A stretch of 63,306 nucleotides of DNA, filler included, from Octopus bimaculoides (taxonomy: Eukaryota), in assembly GCF_001194135.2 (NCBI RefSeq). It is 7 parts of 7 records of this genome, joined end to end, with 100 filler letters (N's around TTAATTAATTAA, not from the genome) between each part and the next. Parts side by side here need not be neighbours in the genome. Positions count along the whole stretch, not along the records: positions 19,291 to 30,716 come from NC_069005.1; positions 30,817 to 33,801 come from NC_069008.1; positions 33,902 to 57,379 come from NC_068984.1; 4 more parts are not named here. One strand, given 5' to 3'. Positions 29,087-40,630 of this stretch are shown piece by piece. The position numbers and the translations under genes were made by a program. Every line of letters begins with the position of its first letter. Position 1 is the first letter of the stretch. The notes beneath the pieces were generated by a model that saw nothing but the letters and a program-made list of their open reading frames with translations, made no database searches and had not been told where the DNA came from.

Positions 29087-29678
29087 ATCTATCTATTTAT
29101 CTATATCTGTCTATTTACCTATATCTCTGTTTATCTGTATCTGTCTGTCTGTCTATCTATTTATCTGTCTGCTTGTCTATTTGTCTGTCTGTCTGTCTAT
29201 TTATCTGTCTGCCTGTCTATATATTTGTCTGTCTATTTATCTGTCTGCCTGTCTATCTACTTACTTNNNNNNNNNNNNNNNNNNNNNNNNNNNNNNNNNN
29301 NNNNNNNNNNNNNNNNNNNNNNNNNNNNNNNNNNNNNNNNNNNNNNNNNNNNNNNNNNNNNNNNNNNNNNNNNNNNNNNNNNNNNNNNNNNNNNNNNNNN
29401 NNNNNNNNNNNNNNNNNNNNNNNNNNNNNNNNNNNNNNNNNNNNNCCAAGGTGGCAAACATATAAATAATATATGAGTATATGCATATATGTGTACATGT
29501 ACATACCTTAATCTACATGTACATATAGATACATATCTTGGTACATGACGTTGCAAAAAAACATGGACAAAATGATAAACAAGGTACAAAAAACACGCAG
29601 GCCACATAGAGAACATATCCTTCATCAGCTGCCACCATTAAAACACTGGCGTTTCAAAGAGATATATATATACATACG

Positions 29679-29714
<36 letters not shown>

Positions 29715-30839
29715 TACACACACACATTTATGTACGTACGAACGGTTTCTTTTAGTTTCCATCTATCAAATCCACTCAAGGCTTTGATTGGCCCAGGGTT
29801 ATAGAAGATGACACTTGCCCAAGGTGCCACACAGTGGGACTGAACCCGGAACCATGTGGCTGGGAAGCAAGCTTCTTATCATACAGCCATGCCTGCATCT
29901 ATTTATCTAACCACCTATCCAGCTACTCTCACTTCATTTATCTATTAAGCTATCCACCTATCAATATATAAAACTAATAACAACCTGACTATCAGTATAT
30001 CTATCTGTCCGTCTGTCTGTCCATTAAATGAACTGTTTTTAGCTTATCTGTATATAAATATTATCTATCGATCTAATATCTTTTATCTTTTACTTAAATC
30101 ATTCAACTGTGGCCATGCTGGGGCATCACTTTGAACTTGAACAATTTTAGTTGTATGAATCAACCTCAGTAGTTGTTTTTTTTTTTCCGTTAAGCTTGGT
30201 ATTTATTCTATCGGTCTCTTTGCCAAACTACTAAATTACAGACACATAAACGCACCAACACTGGTTGTCAAGCACTGGTGGAAGACAAACAGACATTATA
30301 TATACACACACATATACACACAAACACGATGGGCTTCTTTCAGTTTCTGTCTACCAAATCCACTCACAAGTCATGTAGTGGGACTTAACCTGGAACCATG
30401 TGGTTGGGAAGTAAGCTTCTTGCCACACAGCCACCTTTCTCTGTGTGTGTGTATGTGAAAGCACATGGCTTAGTGGTTAGGGCATTCAGTTGATGATTGT
30501 AAAGTCGTGAGTTCAATCCCTAGTGACGCATTGTGTCCTTGACCAAGACACTTTATTTCATGTTGCTCCAGCCCACTCAGCTGGCAAAAATGAGTAGCAC
30601 CTATATTTCAAAGAGCCAGCCTTGTCACACTCTGTGTCATGTTGAATCTCCCTGAGAACTATGTTAAGGGTACACGTGTCTATGGAATGCTCAGCCACCT
30701 GCATGTTAATTTCACGNNNNNNNNNNNNNNNNNNNNNNNNNNNNNNNNNNNNNNNNNNNNTTAATTAATTAANNNNNNNNNNNNNNNNNNNNNNNNNNNN
30801 NNNNNNNNNNNNNNNNATTGCGCCTCCACAGGTACATGT

Positions 30840-31784
30840 ATAATATACTCTTATTTTGAGAATGGTATAAGGGCATTATAAAAAAAACAAGAAATTGTAA
30901 GAGCAGGGAGAAAAGAATAATAGAAGAAAATAAAACGTTAAAAGTGGAAGAATTCAAAATCATGTAAATTTATCCTTTATTTTAAAACAGGTTGGAGCAG
31001 TCAAAGTGGTGGTAATAGAATACTTGGCATATGTACATTTATTTAAATATATTGAACACTGTTCTATATTTTAGAGATGAGGAATTCTGTAGATTATTTA
31101 CATTAGATGGATATGTGTCCAATGTAAATAATGTAATATATGAACAGGTTGTTTGAAAGAAATCTCTTTTGTAAAGAGTAAACAAGAAAATGATACATTT
31201 AAAGGAAAGACAAAAAGTTTATTTGAAGGAAATACAAGAAATATTACAAAACATTTCGAAATAGGAGACAAAGTTCATTTAAAAAATTACAAAATGGTAA
31301 AGACGGTTGGAAGGATGGCTGTGTGACCAAAGGGTTAGGTAACATGATGTATTTAATTAAAGGACAACATTCAGAACATAGGAGGCACCTTATCCAGTTA
31401 CAGATGAGACATAGAGAAGAACAAAGGGTAATACCAATGGAGGTCTTTTATGATATGTTTGAAGTGTCAGCACCGAGGGATATTGAACCCCATAGAACTA
31501 GCCTCAGGAAAGGAAAATGGACTAAATATCTGGAAGTAATACCCAAACGAAAAAAATATTAATTTTTGAAAAGAAAAACAAAACAAAAAAAACCAAGTGT
31601 GCTTAGTACAATGAAAAGAAAAAAATGCTATGGGCAACAAATAATACTGCATTAAAAGTGAGACAATAATTCTGATATAACAGCTAAAAAAAAAAAACAA
31701 AAAGAAAACAGGTGCTGGAAAGAAAAAAAAATAAATAAAAGCAATTCCACTTTCTCACAGTAGGCAAAATCTCAGAAGAGGAGA
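30840..31784 (+). mobile_element. Ty3/gypsy LTR retrotransposon, decayed integrase 3' end and polypurine tract
   Basis: About 31252-31410 encodes HFEIGDKVHLKNY...W..G.VTKGLGNMMYLIKG...RRHLIQLQ across a frameshift (gypsy integrase C-terminus). Purine tract agaagaggaga at 31774-31784. Confidence 0.75.
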
Positions 31785-31996
31785 TGTGATGAGAGTTACA
31801 ACACCCCCTTGTGAGAGATAGACTGGTCTGAGTAAAGAATAAAGAGTAATGATCTAAGTGAGTTTAGAGTTGAGTGAAGAAGTCGGACAGTGTTAGTTAG
31901 GTTATTACACAAAGAATAGTGATGGTTGGTTTGTAAAGAGATTTGTTAGTTTGTTACATTGTTGTGACTGTTGTCTGGTTATCTTACATTACAACA
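31785..31996 (+). mobile_element. 3' LTR of the gypsy element
   Basis: Starts TGT directly after the PPT, ends ...TACAACA (the end could be 31993), internal AATAAA at 31838. Confidence 0.65.
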
Positions 31997-32269
31997 AAGA
32001 TGAAGGCATTTAGAACCAATTTAGACTATATAGACTGGAATAAAACTAGACATAAATAGAACATCATATCTCTGTATATTGTAAGGGGCTAAAAAAAGGG
32101 CTAGAATGTGGTTAAAAAAACAGTACCTCAAAGAAAGAACCATGAGGAGTATGGTTAAAGTGAAGGCTTTACACATTACTGTGAAGACCACAGGGCTAAC
32201 TCGTGATTTATCTGGAAAAGGTATTAAAATGTTGGTCAAGAGATGCAATGAATTTTGAGAATGACAGAG

Positions 32270-33049
32270 TCAGACTTTTGTATGAACAGACATATGTTTA
32301 GTTAAGCTATACTTATTAGAGAATGATTTCCCACAAATACCACAGCGAAATGGCTTCTCCCCTGTATGAATACACTTGTGTACTGTTACCAAAGCTACCT
32401 GAGAGAATGATTTGCCACAAATATCACATTGAAATGGCTTCTCCCCAGTATGAATACGTTTGTGTATAGTTAAGCCAGATAACTGAGAGAATGATTTGCC
32501 ACAGATATCACAGCAAAATGGCTTCTCCCCTGTATGAATACGTTTGTGTACTGTTAAGGCAGTTCCCAGAGTAAAAGATTTACCACAAATATCACAGTGA
32601 AATAGCTTCTCCCCTGTATGCCCACGTTTGTGTACAATTAAAGCAGTTCCCTGAGTGAAGGATTTACCACAAATATCACACTGAAATGGCTTTTCTCCTG
32701 TATGACTACGTTTGTGTATAGTTAAGGCAGTTCCCTGAGAGAATGATTTACCACAAATATCACAGTGAAATGGCTTCTCCCCTGTATGAATACGTTTGTG
32801 TACAGTTAAGCCACCACTGGATGAGAATGATTTACCACAGGTAACACAGTGAAATGGCTTCTCTCCTGTATGAGTACGCTTGTGTACAGTTAAGGCAGGT
32901 ACCTGAGAGAATGATTTGCCACAAATATCACATTGAAATGGCTTCTCTCCTGTGTGAATACGCCTGTGAATAGGTACATGACATTTATGAGTGAAAGTCT
33001 TTTTACAGATATCACACTGATATGTTGATTGTGGTTTGTCTTGTGACAT
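32270..33049 (-). CDS. C2H2 zinc-finger protein, 259 aa, 9 tandem fingers
   Basis: Intact ORF with nine CxxC-x12-HxxxH units joined by TGEK(P/L)F linkers and no effector domain. Candidate upstream splice acceptors put the exon start at 33470 (ctctctctttttatttcag) or 33220. Confidence 0.95.
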   Translation of the reverse strand: MSQDKPQSTYQCDICKKTFTHKCHVPIHRRIHTGEKPFQCDICGKSFSQVPALTVHKRTHTGEKPFHCVTCGKSFSSSGGLTVHKRIHTGEKPFHCDICGKSFSQGTALTIHKRSHTGEKPFQCDICGKSFTQGTALIVHKRGHTGEKLFHCDICGKSFTLGTALTVHKRIHTGEKPFCCDICGKSFSQLSGLTIHKRIHTGEKPFQCDICGKSFSQVALVTVHKCIHTGEKPFRCGICGKSFSNKYSLTKHMSVHTKV

Positions 33050-33901
33050 CTCTTCAGAATAAGAATATATTCTTCAACTATCTTAAATAATCAATTTATC
33101 CATTATCTTACTTCAATCACGACAACATATGTGGATACAGTTTTTGTTCTTGTCCTACAGATTATTCCTAATAAATACTGCTATTGCTCTCTTTCCATCA
33201 ACAGTAATCCTTCTTAATGTCTGAAAATATTCTCAGATACATTTTAAAATTATCCAAGTTCAACTTCATTACAAAAGAATCTTGTAGACATTTCAAACAT
33301 TTCACAAGAGAAATGTTGCTATCAATCTCAGTTGAGAAGAAATATTTCACTGGAATTCTTTGGAATTTGTTCTGTACAACTTTTTCTGTCAGTCTTTATA
33401 AAAGGTGATGAATATTGAAGATGTTATCTGATGGAAACAATGCTTTGATGCCAATGTCATGTGATATTGTCTGAAATAAAAGAGAGAGAAACAGTGTAAG
33501 ATATAGAGGACACTTTGAAAAAAAGAGATTAAAAACAGTGGATCACTACTAACACCCACATCACCACTGTGTTGGTTTGGGAATGCCAATGTGATTCTAA
33601 AGACTGTATCTATCAAAACATGTGTACATATATATATATATGTGGCTGTCGGTGTAAATCTATGTTTTTTAATTTACCAATATTTTTAAGAAACTATTTT
33701 TCTAAATCATATTTTTGGTTGTGGAGGATCCGATTCTTAAAAAAGAATTTTAAAAAATCGCATTTTCAAAATTGCTTTATGTTATCGCAGTTTTGTGAGA
33801 TNNNNNNNNNNNNNNNNNNNNNNNNNNNNNNNNNNNNNNNNNNNNTTAATTAATTAANNNNNNNNNNNNNNNNNNNNNNNNNNNNNNNNNNNNNNNNNNN
33901 N

Positions 33902-33936
<35 letters not shown>

Positions 33937-35006
33937 ATATGCATGCACACAAGCACACATACACTTACATACATACATAAACATATCTGAATGCATGTGT
34001 GTGTGCATGTATACATGTGTCTGTGTACACATGTGAGTCAAGCATTTATAGTTCTATAAAAATTACATTAATTCTCTATAAAATGGCATTGCTGAAGTTG
34101 CTATTTCAACCTTTTTTCCATATTAAGGAATTACCACTTGTAGTGTCGAACGTGTGGCCTTATGTGCTTATGGTTCCAGAAGGCTCTTTGATCTTATCGT
34201 TTTTTTTTGTCTTTTTTGAAATGCTGAACACATTTAAACTACATCATTTAATATTTCACACAGTGACAGAATTTTCTCTTTCTGTCCTACTGAAATAAAT
34301 TAAAAGAACTTTCTATTGTTCTCTGGCTCGGATGTTTAGAATACGGCAGACTTCTACTCCCTTGCCCTGTGAAGGAATGGCTTCATTCACTGCTTATTCA
34401 TTTTAACTATGCAACTTTTGCTACAGGAAGAGGGAACTGCACACAGCACTGCAAATAAATAACATATTTGTTACAAGAGACTTGCACAGGGTGTTGTACA
34501 GAGGGATTAATACAAGAACCATGTAGTTGCAAAGCAAACTTCTTACTATGCCTTCTGAAGTATACATTCAGATAAAATAATCAGCAGGCTGATGTGAAAT
34601 TGCATTATGCATTAGAGTTAGTAAATTGCAATCTTGGCTATACATGAAAAACAGCCCGCACATTATTTTAAAATGATGTGTTCTCTTTCAATCAATAAAA
34701 AAAAATAGAATTAGTAAATTATTTTTACCTTTTCGAATTATTAGCATTGCAAATCATTTTTAATGAAATGCTAAATTATTTAAAAAGTCCAATAAATCAC
34801 TTTGAATAGAAATGACTGTTTCTACAAATATCTAAAACTGACTAGAAGTGTCTGAGAAGTGTTTCAAGTATTTCAGCAATAAATTCTATTTTCAACTCAG
34901 TGAGAAGTAATTGCATTGTCTGGTGAACGGTTATTAAAGTGTTAGTCGACCAACCAACTGAATAACATAATTTTGTATCAGAACATATATATATACTTTT
35001 TATACC

Positions 35007-35043
<37 letters not shown>

Positions 35044-36243
35044 ACATATATATAATATATACACTTATATATATTATACATGTGTGTGTAGATGTGTGTA
35101 CGCACCATTAAATCACACAATTCCATCTTTCTTTTCCTCTTAGCTAAAGCATATATTAGACAATGTAGACACAGCAGTGTGGTGTATTTGAATTAAAGAC
35201 AGGATGGTCACATTTGGAATGCTTCTCATCATACGTCTGCTCAGTCAAGACCAAGATGAAGTTAAACAACAATAACACTTTTGGTATCAAATTTATATAT
35301 TCCCTGCAAAAGAACATTTAAATTTGTTGACAAAATCATTACAGCTTTAATCTATTAGAGTTATTCAGGTTTGGTGCAGTCACAACCCCAAGCCTGTCTT
35401 ACTCAGACTTTCTCTGTGTGTGTGTGTGTGCACGCATGCATGTGTGCATACGTATGTGTATATGAGTGTGTGTGTGTGCATATATCATCATCATCATCAT
35501 TTAATGTCTGTTTTCTCTGATGGCATGGGTTGGACTGCTTGACAAGAGCTGGCAAACCAGAGGACAGCACTAAGCTCCGTCTGTTCTCGCATGGTTTTTT
35601 ACAGCTGGATGCCCTTCCTAATGCCAACCACTTTACACAATGGACTGATATATATACAGACACAGATATGATTGTGTGGACATGGAGCTTACTTCATAAC
35701 CCCCTAGTGTTAGGTTCTATCCCACTGTGTGTGTGGGGGGGGGTGCATGTGTGTATGTGTGTGTACGCGTTTTTGTGTGTGTGCATATATCATCATCATC
35801 ATCATCATGATCTTCATCATCATCATGATCTTCATCATCATTTAATGTCTGTTTTCTCTGATGGCATGGGTTGGACTGCTTGACAAGAGCTGGCAAACTA
35901 GAGGACAGTACTGTTTGTTTTCGCAAAGTTTTTACAGCTGGATGCCCTTCCTAATGCCAACCACTTTACACAATGGACTGGGTGCTTTTCCTGTGACACC
36001 AGCACTGGTGAGGTCTGTTTTGGCATGGTTTTATACATAAACACACACACACATATATACTAGTAGTAAAACCTGTCGTTGATCAGGTCAGGGGTTTTCA
36101 AACTTTTTATATAAATATATATTTGCAATCAGTGTGCTTTGCTTCTAATCTTCCATGGAAACACCTGACCATGAGGAAATATTACCTTACTTGGGAACAC
36201 GTGGAAGTTGGCAACAGAAACAGTGACATTAAAATGATGATGA

Positions 36244-36278
<35 letters not shown>

Positions 36279-36280
36279 TA

Positions 36281-36517
36281 GAAATCCAAAGTTAAGGAAT
36301 GGAGCAGATAAAATCCAGGCTACACATGTTTCATAGCTAACAGAACCTCAAAGTAGTAATTACCCAAATGAGGGGTAATCTGCTAGCTACACATCGGGCC
36401 CAATGTGTAGCTAGCGGATTACCCCTTGTTTGGATAATTACTACTTCCGAGGTTCTGTTAGCTATGAAACATATGTAGCCTGGATTTTATCTACTCTGTT
36501 CCCTAACTTTAGATTTC
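36281..36517. repeat. Fold-back palindrome, ~114-bp arms
   Basis: Arms about 89% identical, centred on gggccc. Differences are transitions plus one indel. Confidence 0.9.
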
Positions 36518-38653
36518 AATTCGCATACACAGCAACTCTGTTGCTAACCGTAAGCTATAAAAGAATATTTTCAGCTTATCGCACTTTGATATGGGAAGAA
36601 CTTACAACGTTCTATGTCAATGAACCACTATTGTTCCTGAAAGTAGTTTTTTATACCTTCTACGGATTGCTTGATCTTTGGATCTTACCTTTACTCATAT
36701 ATAATTATAGATATATATAGATATAGATATAAATATGTATATGTATATGAATATATGCCAGTCAATACCCAGAATAAAGCATCTGATGGCTAGACTTAGC
36801 AGCAAGGAGCAAATAAAATAACTACTTACAATCACATCACTGAAATGGAATGAAAATTAACATTATTTGAACAGGGTTTCTTTCTACCTTTATGTTTTAT
36901 CTAAGCATCACAAATTCAAATATATTTTAGAGCAAACTTATATATTTCTTGATATTTAACATTAGAGATTTCTAACATTGGCAGAAGACCATCAATTTTG
37001 TGGGGAGTTTTCTTAGTTGATTATATTGATCCCAGTACTTAACTGAAACTTATTTTATTGATTCCAGCAGGAATGGCAACAAAGAACTTATCAGGATTTG
37101 AACTCAAAATGTAATTAGACAAAACTAAACTGTAAAGCATTTTGTCCCTTTCTCTATTGTATCTACCAATTTACCACCTGTCATATTAGACATTGTGAAC
37201 ACCAATTTTCTACAGAAGGAATTACATATTTATTGCTTCCCAATGAACCATGTTCTTAGTTTAAATTTTCATTCATATGCAGAATTAATTTGCAAGTTTT
37301 CCGGTGAGTTTTGTAATTTTCCTCATCAACTAACTGAATACATATAATACATTACTTGATTAACTTGAGTTAACTTACAGCCATTATAGGAATAGTATCC
37401 AACCATAAAATACACGTTCTTCATATTTCTTGCATTTATTTTAACTCTAGAAAACTTATTCATATGTTAACAGAGAAAAAAATTTGTTATAAAAAGCAAA
37501 GATTTAAATCTTTAGATTCTAATGTACATTCAAGAGATCGTATTTTTTATATAGTTTATGTATATTTTTCCTCTGCTTCCTGGGGTTCATTTAAAGGATT
37601 TTATTTCTTTTCTCCTATCTAGATATATTTTAAAAAGAAACTATTCTTAAATTTCACCCATTTTAAACTTTGTAATATGATACTTTACTACTTAACCATT
37701 TTGATACCAATCTACAACACCCATTTTAAATTAAAACTTTCTGACCTAAATTTTGTTAATTTATATTACAAACATCACTTACAAAAATTAATGAATAGGT
37801 TATTTTATCAAATGCAATTAAATTGTTGATGATTTTGAAAACTAATAAAAATACATAGGCAGTGCATTTCATTACAAATAAGATCACAAATCGCTTAAAC
37901 TTAAATTGTATTTTCCAAGACATAATGTCTATTACTGCTTAACCATGATTGGTTTGGTACCTCAAAGCTCTTAGTTTAAACTCTGCTATAATTATCTTTA
38001 CCTTTCCATTTCTTTGTAATTGATACTATAAAAATCAGAAAAATTATCGTGGTTGATTTTCAATCAAATCTTCCACTTTCACTAAAAAAAGTTAATCCAG
38101 TCTAGTGTTTACCAACTAATAGTCCAGTATTCCTTTGATGACAAATCAACTCAACCATCAACCCTCCTTAAACCTTCCTTTGATATATTCAAATGCAGAC
38201 GGATGTTTAATTTGAATCTGTTTCTTTTACATTCCCAGTGTCCCAGATTGGGAGACATTGATCTAGTGCTTAGTCACCAGAATTCAAAACAGGACAGAAC
38301 AGTATTTTCTCTTTTACACTAAATGCATGTACAAAGCACCCAGTACATTCTGTAAAATAGTTGGCATTAGGAAGAGCATCCAGCCATAGAAACCATACCA
38401 AAGCAGGAAGTAGAGCTTGGTGCAATCATCTAGCTTGTCAGCTCTTGTCAAACCACTCAATCCATGCCAGAATGGAGAATGAATGTTAAATGATGATGAT
38501 GATGATGATGATGATTTTATCTAGTCCCATATTAAAGAAACCCTGCAAAGCATTCTGGTCAGCTTTCATAAATAGTTTAGAATTTGAAGTAATAGCATTA
38601 TCCTTTCTCATATGCAATACAGAAAAATAAAATAAAAGCCATATTGTACTTAC

Positions 38654-38722
38654 TTTTGGAAGCAACCGTCCAATACATAAGCCTCCTGATTCACAAGTTG
38701 TAGATAAAATGTTACCTGGCAA
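38654..38722 (-). CDS. BPI/LBP-family gene, exon 9 (LPGNILSTTCESGGLCIGRLLPK)
   Basis: Acceptor gtgtatttctcacag, donor AAA|gtaagt, 69 nt, phase 0 to 0. L(N/S)TTC...CIG.L.P motif recalled from molluscan BPI/LBP proteins. Confidence 0.88.
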
Positions 38723-40254
38723 CTGTGAGAAATACACAAAAATACAAGCAATATTCATTTATTTATATATTTTGTTTATGATATTTTATTAAGCTCCAAA
38801 ACATCAAAGACATATATATCAATAAATATAACATATTGATACATTTTAGCTTTACTGCTATTTGTGTAAAATATCTGAAAGTTTATTGATGATAACTTCT
38901 CAACTTCTATTTACAAAGTGGGCACTGCTATCACAAATATCAATGGATATTAGAAGAAAATCAAATGAAAATTGTACAAGAAAAGAGAGGAATGTCCAGT
39001 GAAGTTGTACAAGTTTATTTCAAACATTAAAGAAATATATACAAAGATAGATATCTAAGTATACCACAAATTTATAGGTAGTTACAGTGATAAACCAAGA
39101 AGATAGATATGTAAATATATGTAGATTATTGTTTAGTCTCATGTTAGCAGATCTATAATCAAAGTTATTCCAGCAATGATCTTCCTGCCTTTCCTTTTCA
39201 AACATAGTATGTCTAGATTCACATTATCTATAATCTATTTCTTTTGAAAGAAAATTGGATGCAGTTGAGGGAGATTTGACTGCTATTTTTTAGATAGAGC
39301 AATTGTATAAAGACAACCTTGTTGGTTTGATAAAATATAGGAGAAGTATAAATATATCGTTTATTTTTTGTTTGTTTCAGTCATTAGACTGAGGCCATGT
39401 GGGACACCACCTTGAAATGATTTTAGTCCAATTTGACTTATTTTCTTTTTAAACCTGGTCTTTTTTTGCCGAACTGCTACATTACAGGAACATAAACAAA
39501 CCAACACTGGTTGTCAAGCAGTGGTGGAGGACAAACACAAACACAAAGTTTCCATCAACCATAACCACTCACAAGATATCTCGGTTCATTGTCATCTCCT
39601 CCATGAACCCCAACATCTTGAGATCAGCCCTCACTACTTCGCAATGATTATTTTATAATCATCACTCACAAGTGAGTATGACTTGTAGCTGGTACCATGC
39701 TTTTCCTAATTCATAAGGGCATGAGTTCAATTCCTGGCAACGTGTTGTGTCCTTGAGCAAGACTCTTTATTTCACATTACTCCAGTTCACTCAGCTGGCA
39801 AAAATGAGTAGTACTTGTATTTCAAAGGACCAGCCTTGTCACACTCTGTGTCATGCTGAATCTTCCTGAGAACTACGTTAAGAGTACACATGTCTGTGGA
39901 GTGTACAGCCACATACATGTTTGTTTCACGAGCAGGCTGTTCCGTTGATGGGATCAACTGGGACACTCAACGTTGTAACCAACGGTGTCAGTTGTTAGGT
40001 GTCTATATAGTCATGAACAGGCATAGACTTTCCCATCCTTGAACCAGCAGAACATCAAGGAGACGTAACAACTGGAGGGAGACAGAGTTACACCAGAACA
40101 CTCTCTCTTTCTTTCTTTCTCTCTCTCTCTCTCGCTTTCTGTGTGCTCACTGAAGTTGAAGGTAATAAATATTTCATTCTTTTAGAGAGGTGGTTGGTGA
40201 AAGAAGCAATGTGATATATGAAGGCTGTGATAGGTGCCATGTGATATATGAAGG

Positions 40255-40630
40255 CATGTGAAGGTGCATGGCTCAGTGGTTAAAGCAATGGGCTCACAAT
40301 CATGAGGTAGTGAGTTTGATTCCCAGACTGACCATGGGGTAGTGAGTATGATTCCCAGACCGAGTATGGAGTAATGAGTTTGATTCCCAGACCAGGCTAT
40401 TCTTGAGCAAGACACATTATTTTACATTGTTCCAATTCACTCATCTGTAGAAATGAGTTGCAACATCACTGGTGCCAAGCTGTATCAGCCTTTGCATTTC
40501 CCTTGGATAATATCAGAGGGGAGGCTGGAATGCATGGGCAACTGCTGGTCTTCCACAAACAACCTTGCCTGGATTTGTGTCTTGGAGGGAAACTCATGCA
40601 ATCTCAAGGTCATTCATGATTAAAAGGGGT
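40255..40630 (+). mobile_element. SINE variant (tRNA-like head, third tail type)
   Basis: ggtgcatggctcagtggttaaagc...cttgagcaagacac... The reverse complement of this tail occurs at ~13640-13900. Confidence 0.7.

Noticed and set aside
40305-40395. CRISPR-like repeat-spacer array (also 52075-52118 and 56919-57047)
   Set aside because: Eukaryotic context, only 2-3 units, no unique equal-length spacers and no cas genes. These are simple tandem duplications.
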